This document shows, one piece after another, positions 39,473 to 51,267 of a stretch of DNA of 64,000 nucleotides. The stretch comes from Octopus bimaculoides. Taxonomy: Eukaryota. Made by a program: the position numbers and the translations under genes. The notes under the pieces were generated by a model that was not told the DNA's origin, searched no databases, and saw nothing but the letters and a program-made list of their open reading frames with translations. The stretch spans positions 77,276,290 through 77,340,289 of the forward strand of contig NC_068984.1 in NCBI RefSeq assembly GCF_001194135.2, in the 5' to 3' direction. Every line of letters starts with the position of its first letter. Positions within the stretch are counted from its first letter, which is position 1.

Positions 39473-40560
39473 ATATATATATATATATATANNNNNNNNN
39501 NNNNNNNNNNNNNNNNNNNNNNNNNNATATATATGTATGTATGTATACAGATGTATATGTATGTAAGCGTGTGTGTAAGTATGCATATTTTCTAACTTAA
39601 TCTGATTAAATCTCTCACAAAAACATGTACGTACATACATGCAAATTCATTCGTTTTCCATTTCTGTTTGTCATACATCTATGTATTTGTTTACCGCTCC
39701 TTCTTTGTCTTCTACTCCATCCCCTACTTCATGCACTCTGTACACAGTAGTTTATTACATCTCAATTTAAAATAGAAATCAAATTACCATTCGTAAATAA
39801 CGAAAAGTCTTACCGTTTTAAATTTTGAATGACCGCTGGTGTTGGTGAATCTCTTTCACTTAAACTTTAAACAGCTTCAGTAGAAAGAGATTTTCAGTTC
39901 CAAACAGATGCATTGTCTTGATGACAACATTCTCAATAGCACAAATAACTCCGAATGCAATTAATTTCTCATATCAAAGTAGATTCTACATTATACAACT
40001 TTTGCTTTATTGAAGCAATAGAATAATATTCTTCTCATAAAAAGTCGCTTCTCGTCGATATGTTAAAGATACGCAGATAATCATGCACAGAGAGTGAATT
40101 GGGATAAGACAGCATATATATTCATTTATCTACAAGACGTCGTTGGTTAGAATTTTGAAACAGCCAAGTGACTGGTTCATATCATTTACGAAGGAATAAA
40201 TGAGAACTGAGCACCTCTGCAACCTGGGTGAAACTAATACAGCAAAAGATATTATTGGTCAAATACATGCGCTGACAAATGTTTACATCTATATTCACCG
40301 GTTCCCGCGATATACATTGCGAGTGACATGCACGAATGCGCGAATCGTTTTTAAGCTTTTCTCTACAGATTTTCTTTTGAGTTCAGAGACAGTATGCCTT
40401 TGTAAAGAATGTGACCGAATAGATAACAGTTGTATATGCATATTTCAAGAGTTATTATACTTTTATCAGGACCACATCTAACTTTTCAACTATCCTCGAA
40501 CGCATTACTTAGGTTTAGCGGTGTAAATATAGGCGTGACTGTGTGGTAAGAATCTTGAAA

Positions 40561-41498
40561 TAATGTTCTCTAAAAAAAATTCAGCAAACACCAGAACCCC
40601 AATGCAAGACAAATGGAAATATACAAAATAAAAAATTAATCGTATACCGGTTTCCCCATCAGCCTTTTTACTTACGTAAAAACGTCCGTGGTTCGTCAGT
40701 ACGACCGTTCTAAATTCAATATAATTTGCAGAACTATATACGAATTGTCTTCATAAAGATTGACGTGCGTACAGTTCTACCGATTACATTGGGGTTATTT
40801 TCAAATGTCTCAGCTCTGGCGCGCTAAATTATTTCTATTTGTCTTGCCCGCTTATGTTCTGGTGTTTACTGAATTTTTTCTAGAGAACGTTATTTCCTTT
40901 GTGGTTGGGTCGTTTATGACCTCTTTCTAGCATATCGGATGTCCACTTAGTGGTCATCCCTTCTTATACGCTTGTAATATAATTTTTCTGAATTTTCAGA
41001 TTTTTTTAAATGCTAGGCCACTGGTTTTAAATTGATGTTAATTAAATTAATATTCAATTTATCACCCTCGGTATATGAATTTAAATAATTATGTTCTCTA
41101 ACCAGCAACATCTACTGCAGTATATTTTCTTCTGCAGAACTGTTTCCGAAATTTAGCGCGCCAGAGCTGAGACATTTAAAAATAACCCCAATGTAATCGG
41201 TAGAACTGTACGCACGTCAAACTGTATCAAGACAATTCGTGTATAGTTCTCCAAATTATATTGAATTTAGAACGGTCGTACTGACGAACCACGGACGTTT
41301 TTACATAAGTAAAAAGGTTGATGGGGAAACCGGTATATGATTAATTCTTTATTTTTTTATATTTCCATTTGTCTTGCCCGCTTATGTTCTGGTGTTTGCT
41401 GATTTTTTTCTAGAGACCATTATTTCCTTTCTGGTTGGGTCATTGATGACCTCTTTCTAGCATATCGGATGTCCACTTAGTGGTCATCTCTTCTTATA
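40561..41498. repeat. Composite inverted plus direct repeat module
   Basis: ~40561-40830 is the reverse complement of ~41150-41425. 40838-40968 is directly repeated at 41368-41498. Confidence 0.92.
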
Positions 41499-41513
41499 TG
41501 TATGTATGTATGT

Positions 41514-41552
<39 letters not shown>

Positions 41553-44386
41553 NNNNNNNNNNNNNNNNNNNNNNNNNNNNNNNNNNNNNNNNNNNNNNNN
41601 NNNNNNNNNNNNNNNNNNNNNNNNNNNNNNNNNNNNNNNNNNNNNNNNNNNNNNNNNNNNNNNNNNNNNNNNNNNNNNNNNNNNNNNNNNNNNNNNNNNN
41701 NNNNNNNNNNNNNNNNNNNNNNNNNNNNNNNNNNNNTTTTTTTTTTTTTTTTTTCAGCTTTATATTACATTAATCTTAATCTTAATCTTATTTCGGCCAG
41801 AGTTCTTTCGTCACACTTCTGTGACCTCATCAGTGGTCCTTTGTTTCCTTCTTTCTTATGTGTGTCTCACCTTGCTAACTATCAGCCATTTATATACAAT
41901 CAGCCATATATATACAATCATTTAGGTATATATTTTTTAATGTCATATATGTTTGTATGTTTTGTATGTGTGTATTCTGAGAGTGTTTGAGTGTCAGTGT
42001 TGAGTCAGTGTGTTTTAGCATGTGTGCGTTTGTGTAAGTGCGCGTGCGCACGCATGTATAAATAAGAAACTGGCTTGTTTTCCGAAATTAAGAAAGCTTT
42101 AATTAAACTGATTTATGCTCCAAAGTAAGTGAAAGAAAAACCATAACGCAAGAAGGTGAGCTACAAGTTCCTATTGCTCGAGTAAAAACTTCTGATCCCG
42201 ATATCAAGAGGTTACTTTAATTAATCTTTCTGAAGTAAATTAACGTGAAAATACATGTAATCCCGAGATCATTAATAGCTGTTATATAATTCAGCCCTCA
42301 GGATGTTTTAGTGATATTTTAACTGCTTCAGCCAAAAGCTAGAATGACGATAGCGGCAGATAAAATTGAAATTCTCCGTTTTAAATATCTTTGGTAGTTT
42401 TATTACAGACTAATAAGTAGACCTACTATTCGAAACATGGAACGAACCAATGTTACTAGTGTTATTTAGCTCTAGGTCTAAGAAGCAGTCATTATTTAGC
42501 TGTAGGTCTATGAAGCAATCATCTGACTAAAGTCTTCAGACAACCCGTATTATTTTTCTTTCTGTTTCAGATATAGTTTGTCTAGCATTATTGTGTTATT
42601 CTCTTTTTGAAGACTGTAGCTGCTATTTCTAGCAGATTAAGTCTCCACGCTGTTGTCTTTTCCTATGTTGGCGACTTTTGCTAGGATAAACATCGGTGAC
42701 ATAAGAGATACTTTCATATGTAAATAACAGCCACTCTGCTTTAAAACAAATCTTGTCGAGGCCTGCACAGACATAAACACATGCATGACCAACCCTGACC
42801 AAACGATACTCTACATTTTGATTAAGATAAATTGCTCATTGTTGATCAATATATCAGTATTTAGTATTTTCTTTAAATAAATTACTATTGCACACATTAT
42901 ATACTTTAAATTCTTGTCATCTATTCAAAGATGTAAGGCAGAGCATTTCCAGAGCTTTTCGCATCTTAGCATTGATTGAAGGAGCTTCTCATTTGTATTC
43001 TTCTGGATATGGCTTATTCTTTACAGATCAAGTCTATATCAGTAATAGCTTGGTATATTTCCGTTGCTCACATTGTTGCTTCCCTCCAACTGTTTCGTTA
43101 ATAAATACCCAACCAATTTTCAGATTTTGCCTTTTCCTAACATAGTCAAGGGTTCTATCAAATATTTCATTTCTAATAAACTCTGAGTTTTTGCTAACTG
43201 GAGTTCCTGTTCTCATCTTAGAAAATATACTATTTTAAATAATTTTCGATAGTCTTCTCTGAGTTTTCTTTGCATCAGACTGGTTTTGAATACCATCGAG
43301 TTTCAGATAAAATTCTTACCTTCAAATTTCGTATAATATTTTCATCACATGATAGAACTAACACATGTAGTATTTTATGCAAAATAACTGCGTCGGTGTT
43401 ATTACTAAATTATTTCTATGTGCCGTACAATTTTCAGTTAACAAGATATTTCTTCGCTTCAATTGTATTTAAATAACCAATTACAAAAAATAATTGTTAC
43501 TACGTACGCATTTGCATTAGAACAGTAATAAAGAAGTAAATTTCTTTTAACACTCGTATAACCACGGAATTTTTCTTATTCTCAATCAATAGATGATTTT
43601 GTTTCTGTCTTCATAAAAATTCTCTCACTCTTTTGCAGATTTAAATCTTATAGAATTTTCGTTTTCAAACAAATAAATTAAGCTAGGGCATTACACGAAA
43701 AATAATAGCCCTACATTGTCTGCATATTAAATATTCTCATGCAAATATTTCATATTCACCCACCTATTTCTCGAACCATAAATCAGTTGACTTGACCTTT
43801 TCTTTAACTAATTCTTCTGCTTTTTATGCATCCGTTGTTCATTAACTAAGAAATAATTATAGATTGTATTCTCTTCTATTACGCATATATCCTTTCTAAA
43901 TTTATTGAGAAACATAATTTAAATAAATTTGAAAAATCACAATTTCGTTGCTTACATTTCTTGGATGGACTTCAAGAAAAACAGAACCATTGGTAGTATC
44001 GAGTTGAAAATATGACGCAAAAGGGCTCAAATAAATTGTCAGTCCTGCTACATTATATGACCTTTTACATTTATATAACGCTGGCAAATTTATAATTTAA
44101 AATGTCTAAAATTAATTTCGTTTTCATGTCAGTGAATGTATTCAACATCGATTTGGGTCACTCATGATTAATTACTTGAAACGCGTTCTTAATTGTGGCA
44201 CCTTCTAACTAAGTTACCGCCTCATTAACCCAACGGTTTCATAAGTACTTTCGCCTTTTGCCTATTACGAGAACATACTAATACTGTTTGGCAATTTCAC
44301 GTCAGTCGATGCCACACCGTCAAAGATAGACATTTATTTGAAGCACCGGTACAGTTCATTAATCTCATAATTTATTAATATATATA

Positions 44387-44513
44387 CAGGGTGTCCACAA
44401 AGTCTGGGTACATGGGGATTAACACATACTTTAAGAAATTATTATTTCTTATATTTAATTGTTTATGTTATGATTTTATTTACTACATGTACCCAGACCT
44501 TGTGGTCACCCTG
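44387..44513. mobile_element. Tc1/mariner-type MITE (127 bp) with ~28-bp TIRs and TA flanks
   Basis: TA|cagggtgtccacaaagtctgggtacatg ... catgtacccagaccttgtggtcaccctg|TA. Confidence 0.9.
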
Positions 44514-44531
44514 TATAACANNNNNNNNNNN

Positions 44532-44567
<36 letters not shown>

Positions 44568-44924
44568 CTATTTGCCGACGTAAAGTGGGAGTCCTGATTA
44601 GGACGATGCTACTACCTTTTTTTTAGCCATAGGAAAACATCTTTTCCAGCTGGCTACCGAAGCACAACTGCGTTCTTATACCTCGAACAAAGGGGCTAAT
44701 GTCTCCACTCAGTCTTAAGTGGTACTTGTGGACCATGGTTTCTGAGTTATTTCCCTTCATCTGCACAGGATAATTGTTGGCTAGAGATGGCAGCATTAGG
44801 CCTTGCTCGAGGTATATACTTTTAAAGTGACACACATTTGCTGATCTCGTAAAGACGAAAACAATTAGTTTTAATTCACTGAGCGAGAAGTATAAGTATG
44901 TATGTATGTATGTATGTATGTATG

Positions 44925-45050
44925 TATGTGTGTCATTATTCAGCTTATTTCAAGATTTTTTTTCCAATAGAGAAAGAACCGGTTTCTAACCTAGCTCCAA
45001 GGTTCCTTCATTGGAATTTCAACATCAACAACGGGTTATTTTTGTTCGTT
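44925..45050 (-). repeat. Second copy of the (ATAC)n-flanked element
   Basis: The reverse complement aligns with 26169-26284; (TATG)n lies on both sides. Confidence 0.75.
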
Positions 45051-45094
45051 ATGTATGTATGTATGTATGTATGTATGTATGTATGTATGTATGT

Positions 45095-45430
45095 GCAGAT
45101 TTGTATGTATCATGTCTGTATTCTTATGCATATAGTTAAATATCTAGACATGCTCATATATATTTAAATGATAAACTTCTGGAAAGTTTTACAGATTTTT
45201 ACAGTTCCAGTGATGGATTGGATCTGTAGTCTTCGAATTAGCTTTCTCCTTTCTGGTTTTGAGAAGTCTAATTTCTCAAGATTGGTATTTAGGCAGTATA
45301 TTACATATGCCAGGTCCCCAATAATTACAGGTATGAACCAGAACTTGTAATCTGGATAGAATAACTGCAGATTTATCAACAGCTCAGTATAGGTGTTCCC
45401 TTTTTCACTGATCTTCACAATTGTGCACAG
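45095..45430 (-). mobile_element. 3' end of an R4/Dong-like (restriction-like endonuclease) non-LTR retrotransposon
   Basis: KGNTYTELLINLQLFYPDYKFWFIPVIIGDLAYVIYCLNTNLEKLDF..IRRLQIQSITGTVKICKTF* resembles the KxxKYxxL..PVVIGALG..Q....GT..I C-terminus of RLE-bearing elements. It is followed by a short UTR and (ATAC)n. Confidence 0.7.
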
Positions 45431-45451
45431 TTTTCTTCTCTATTCCAAATC

Positions 45452-45482
<31 letters not shown>

Positions 45483-45507
45483 TGTATGCGATATATACAT
45501 GTATGTT

Positions 45508-45717
45508 AATGTTTGTTTATGTATTCAGATATAATAAAGACAATTTTATATTAATCTGATGGATTATTTTATACTTTTGTAGAGTACAAATTTAGTATTC
45601 TTAAACAAGAATAATGTTGAAAGTGAATGCGTGGTTTCGGGTAACTAAGCCATCGTCGGATTGCTTAGCCATCCGAATTTTCGCAGTCCCTGTCAACAAC
45701 ATTCTGGTTTAAGAATA
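45508..45717 (+). mobile_element. Fold-back element with hammerhead-like core (copy 2, core on minus strand)
   Basis: Imperfect ~120-nt hairpin at 45596-45717 with loop catcgtcggatt. The minus strand reads CCGACGA-T-GG..CC-GAAAC. Confidence 0.65.
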
Positions 45718-46487
45718 GATGAACACACGCTCACACACATAGTAATAATGATAATAATCCATGGATGGGATCTATAAATATTTTAATGGATCGCTACACG
45801 CGTTTGCAGAGATCATATGTTTCTTAAGATCATAGTTCGTATTCCTGGGATGATTACAGTACACTCCGTAGAATCCATGGACATCGGGTAGATCATGTTC
45901 ATGCGTTCATTTCTCCGGGCGATATGGTATTAACGGATGTTTAACTGAGGTTTGTTTACCAATTTTGACCAAGGAGTTCTCTGGTTTGACGTTAGTCAAA
46001 GCAGGCACCCCCTCAATGTATTAAGAAGTAATCGGGTCAGTAGCTACATCTATTCAGTTACTAGAGTTCATTGCCTGAGTTAACAAAGATGCTATTTTCT
46101 CAAAAAATCCTTTTGGTGCAACAATGGTATAAAGTATAGCAACAAAATAATAACTATTTTCATACGCTAAATGTCATTCATCAGACCAAAGATACTTTAG
46201 TTAAATGGAGATTACATTGTCGTCAAGAGCTCCCAAGTTACTCGCAGGAGACTTGATCGAAAATGAGTGGAAAGCACGGAGTATGAGAAAAAAAAGCGAA
46301 AAACATAGGTAGGAAGATACAGGAGTGGGCAAGTGTCTAAAGTTGTTAAGAAGAAGGGGGAAAAGAGAGAGGAAGCGGGGTGATTCTGGTAAAATTGAAG
46401 ATGACTAGGGAAAGGTCTTTGTGAATATAAAGCTGGGGGGTTATTTACTATGTCATCTGCAAATAAATTAAATAGATAAATAAATAA

Positions 46488-46559
<72 letters not shown>

Positions 46560-47479
46560 GTACATACATTTAAACCGAATCAAAATGAAATAAAAGGGAA
46601 GAATCTTAGAGGTAAAATTGTCAGGAGGAGAAGTGGAGGAGAAAATTTAGGTATGGTAGTATTGTGAATTTATTATGAGGAGGGAGAAAGAGAGGTAGAT
46701 GGCAGATATAATATCTGGTCAATGGAGGAACATAGTAGTTTTAGGTAAATTGGTGGTTTACATACACATATTTGCGTACGCGCGCTTATTTTCTCTGTGC
46801 ATTTGTCGTATCCGTTAGGTGTGTACGCGCGCGTTGGCGCCTCCATATTCTCATGTGCAGAGAGGAAAATGTAAGGAGATCACGAGGTTAAGAAAAATGT
46901 AAAGGTAATTAGAAAAGTTGTCTGTTATGAGTATATAGAAGAGCTGCAAGGGGCTTTCATATTTTCGGAATTGATAAAAATAAGTACCAACCAAGTACTG
47001 GGGTCAATATTATCAACTAGAACTCTCCCGAAAAGGATTGTACCAATAGTACAAAGGGATATTTTCTTTTAATGATCATATCTGTGATAATATCAGATTC
47101 TATAATTTCATCCAAAATAAACAACTTTCCATTTAGTAACCATTGCAGAAATTTTCTCATGTAAAATGTAAAAGATTTCAAAGCATTTTCTTAATCACAA
47201 CAAAGTTGGAGTCATTTCTTGCATGAAACATGGCCGACGAAGAAATCTACAAATTCTTATCAATGGATAATTTAATCTGATATTTTTAAATAAGATATTA
47301 TTGACTGACCAGTTTTGATACCATAATGCATAACTAAATAGTAGTATGTATGTGTATGTGTGTGTGAGAAAGAGTGTACGTGCATAAAAATATTTGTGCA
47401 TACATATATATATGTGATTCTACATATATGTATGTGTACAAACACACACACATACTCACACACAAACACACACACATAT

Positions 47480-47519
<40 letters not shown>

Positions 47520-48504
47520 NNNNNNNNNNTATATATATATATATGTATACAGAGACGAGACAGACAGAGTGGTGAAGGGATGTGGAAGTCGAGTGTATAT
47601 AAGTGTTGAAGTTTGCTTGAAGCACACGATTTGTGAAAACTGAGTTTAACAATACAATACAATACAATGTATACGTATTAAAGTAACAACAAGCTAATCA
47701 AGTATTACCTTAGGGATAATATACAATTCGTTAATTCCCTGTAAGTCGAGTAGTGATTCGCATCAATACTAAGAAACATTTAAAGAAATATTATTAGATT
47801 ATGCATCCATTTGGCTAACGGGAAATTAATTGTGTTAAGTTTCATATCAACAGTCATTCGAACAGAGACGGTACGATGGCGGACTGGAAAAAACAGCAAT
47901 TAAAAGGACAGGGAAAAAAGGACGGGTCATACGTGGCCTTCTTCAGTCAAAATATAAAGATGTTACATATATATATATATATANNNNNNNNNNNNNNNNN
48001 NNNNNNNNNNNNNNNNNNNNNNNNNNNNNNNNNNNNNNNNNNNNNNNNNNNNNNNNNNNNNNNNNNNNNNNNNNNNNNNNNNNNNNNNNNNNNNNNNNNN
48101 NNNNNNNNNNNNNNNNNNNNNNNNNNNNNNNNNNNNNNNNNNNNNNNNNNNNNNNNNNNNNNNNNNNNNNNNNNNNNNNNNNNNNNNNNNNNNNNNNNNN
48201 NNNNNNNNNNNNNNNNNNNNNNNNNNNNNNNNNNNNNNNNNNNNNNNNNNNNNNNNNNNNNNNNNNNNNNNNNNNNNNNNNNNNNNNNNNNNNNNNNNNN
48301 NNNNNNNNNNNNNNNNNNNNNNNNNNNNNNNNNNNNNNNNNNNNNNNNNNNNNNNNNNNNNNNNNNNNNNNNNNNNNNNNNNNNNNNNNGATTCAGATGA
48401 ATTAGGTACTTAAGTTGAAGCACCAAAAGTTAGTGCGGTATTATCCGTACAACTTCAAAATAAGGTGAATAAAATCAAAATAAGCAACAGGATATCCAGA
48501 GTTG

Positions 48505-48592
48505 ATGCAGTACGACCGTTTCAAGCGGCTCCACTTAATTGAACAATGCAAACATTACATCAATTTAAATGCAGGGCTATCCTCAGCTACAT
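48505..48592 (-). ncRNA. Type I hammerhead ribozyme motif (minus-strand copy)
   Basis: Minus strand: ATGTAG-CTGAGGA-t-[long stem II]-GAAAC-ggtc-GTA-CTGCAT. Stem I has 6 bp with one G:U. Confidence 0.75.
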
Positions 48593-49924
48593 ACAAAAAT
48601 AAATAGAATTTTTTTAATCAGTCGGATACATTTGTATAATTTTACTTAAATTCTCTAAGAGGGTAAGATGACAGACAAAGTCCATGCTGTTGTCACTTCA
48701 GCTTAGAAGTTTCTAAGACATCAGGAAAAAAATCTGTTTGGGTCCATAGCTTGTCACTGATTTTGGTTCAGTTTTAATCTATTAGTCTTGTTTCTCAAAA
48801 TCTTTGTATATCAAATCTAAGACTAGAGAATAGTGTCTGTTAAGAAAGGGCATGAGGGAGTTGACAGTATCATAGTGGGTATAGTCATAAAACTTGTCAA
48901 GATTATTTTGAAGTAGTATAAAGTAACTAGCTATAATGAGGTTGGATAGTGGAAGACCTCAAATCAAGATGTTAATTACAAGTTAAAGAGGCAAGAAGCT
49001 AATAAAACCAATGATGATAATACAGAGGAAATTTTATCATGGGATACTTATTGGTGATTGATTTAAACAATATTGTTATATTGTATAAAGATAAAATTGA
49101 GGGTTATCAAGAAAAATATTATAACCAAAATGATAAATTTTTAATAATTTTGAATATATGCCAAAATTTTCAACAATAGAGAAAAATTACATAGAATTAG
49201 CTTAATATTCATTCATATACTTAATTATTTACTTATTAGGTGGTATCTATAAAGACTGATCACTGGCATTTACTAAAGGAATACTGGGGCGATAGAACAT
49301 GCTAACTATATATTAATTATAATCTAAGAGGTATATTATAAGTTGTGAAGTTACCGGTGCTATTATATACAAGCTATTATAAATTTCTAGGGGTACAAAA
49401 CTAGGTTTACTTACATAAAGGCTATTATATAAAAATAATACGATCAGTAGGGTAGAACACCATAGAAAGGAATAAATAATTTAATTACTAAAACTGTGAT
49501 GAAGTATATATACCATATTATCAACAATAGAAAGAGTAGATTATATAGAATTTGTTTAATAAGTCTATCATTATACTTAATTATTTACTTATTAGGTGGT
49601 ATCTATGATGTTCTACCCTACTGATCATATTACTATTTTTATATAATAGCCTTTATGTAAGTAAACCTCCTAATTTTGTAGACCTTGAAATTTATATTAC
49701 CATGTATATAATAGCACCGGTAACTTTACAACTTATAATGTACCTCTTAGATTATAGTTGATATATAGTTAGAATGTTATATCGCCCCAGTATTTCCTGA
49801 TGTCTTAGAAACTGCTAAGCTGAAGTGACAACAGCAAGGACTTTGTCTTCCTACCCTCTTAGAGAATTTAAATAAAATTATACAAATGTGTCCGACTGAT
49901 TAAAAAAATTCTATTTATTTATTT

Positions 49925-50012
49925 ATGCAGCTGAGGATAGGCCTGCATTTAAATTGATGTAATGTTTGCATTGTTCAATTAAATGGAGCCGCTTGAAACG
50001 GTTGTACTGCAT
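49925..50012 (+). ncRNA. Type I hammerhead ribozyme motif (plus-strand copy)
   Basis: ATGCAG (49925-30) CTGAGGA (49931-37), long stem II (catttaaattga..tcaattaaatg), GAAAC (49995-99) ggtt GTA (50004-06) CTGCAT (50007-12). Stem I is a perfect 6 bp; predicted cleavage is after A50006. Confidence 0.8.
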
Positions 50013-50081
50013 CACCTCTGGATATCCTGCTGCTTATTTTGATTGTATATATATATGTTGTTGTTATTATTATTATATTAT

Positions 50082-50250
50082 AGGCACAGATGTTGTGTAG
50101 TAAGAAGGTAAGAAGCTTGCTTCCTAACCACATGGTTCCAGGTTCAGTCTCTCTACATGGCATCTTGTGCAAGTGACTCCTACTATAGCCTTGGGCTGAT
50201 TAAACCCTTTTGAGTGGATTTGGTAGACGGACACTGAAAGAACCTCACCG
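50082..50250 (+). mobile_element. tRNA-derived SINE (family C)
   Basis: tRNA-like head ..gtaagaagcttgcttcctaaccacatggttccaggttcagtc, body ..gagtggatttggtagacggacactgaaagaa, followed by (TA)n. Confidence 0.75.
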
Positions 50251-51227
50251 TATATATATATAGCATAACTAAGATTAGCCCTTGATTTCTTTTATTTCTC
50301 AATCCATTAGAATATAGATGAGAGCTGTCGGTTTTGTTCCCAGAGATGAAGCATTCAAATCCCTCCTTCCGAGTCTTGCAGATAAAGCGAGACAAGGAAG
50401 GGGAGTTTACGAGGTCTCTAAATCAACATTAGTGTCAATACTGATTATAGCGGTTCTATAATCTTCGGTGGTAAGTCCCGTCGCTTAATCTTGGATGTCT
50501 ATAACCTTACAAACTAAGCATAAGTATGCATACTTATTCATATGTACATTCACATAACGATACACACATATATATCGATAAGTTTTCTATACTCAACTTT
50601 CTTATTCAAGCATACACAAAAGACACACACAAACACACAAACAAATATTCTGTATTTATATATATTTATTTATCTCTTCTGGCTTCTCTTGATATGTCTT
50701 TGAAATATTTATAATAGTAGTCATCTGAAGCTATCATCTCTGAATAGCGAAAAATCTTATCACTTTAAATTCTCAATGACCCTTGACGTCGGCGAATCTC
50801 TTTTCATTTAAACTTTTTAACTACTAAAGTAGAGAGAACAACTTCAGTTTCACGCAAATGAATTATCTTCATGACAACATTGATATCTTCATATCTACTA
50901 TATCAGTACATGCAATTAATTTCGCATATCAAAGTGTGTAATACATTGTACTACCGTTAATTCATTGAAGTAGAAGGGACACAAACAAACACACACTCAC
51001 ATCCACACACACATGTATATAGCTATGCAAATGCATACATAAATACACCACATACACACATATATACGTACATATATACATTAATTCATGTATGTTTGCG
51101 TTTATAAGTATACACGCACGCGTAAAACCACCACTCACGTGTGTGTGTATATATACATATATATATATATATATGTATATATATATGTATGTATATATAT
51201 ATATATATATTTAAAGTCTGTCATACC

Positions 51228-51267
51228 GGCCATGACGAAGGGAAATAGCCCTGAAACTCGAGTCGCC
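51228..51267 (+). ncRNA. Minimal type I hammerhead motif with palindromic loop III (one extra nucleotide in core)
   Basis: GGC-C(A)TGACGA-AGGG-aaatag-CCCT-GAAAC-TCGA-GTC-GCC. Stems I, II and III all pair and the cleavage triplet is GUC. Confidence 0.65.

Larger units (their letters stand above)
48473..50044. mobile_element. Inverted duplication of a ~445-bp probable PLE terminal segment
   Basis: 48473-48728 = reverse complement of 49793-50044; 49281-49466 = reverse complement of 49602-49793. Each arm carries a hammerhead motif. Confidence 0.85.

Noticed and set aside
42880-44350. Possible decayed coding sequence on the minus strand
   Set aside because: Short open stretches only; no family motif I could identify with confidence.
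46440-46470. LFADD peptide in ORF 46212..46583 resembling a reverse-transcriptase motif
   Set aside because: It directly follows an (AT)n/(TTTA)n tract with no other RT motifs around it.
47925-47955. Minus-strand GACTGAAGAAGGCCACGTATG resembling the 5' half of a hammerhead; similar weak cases at ~46150-46185 and ~61975-62012
   Set aside because: The second half of stem II, GAAAC or stem I is absent or mismatched; at best unrecoverable relics.
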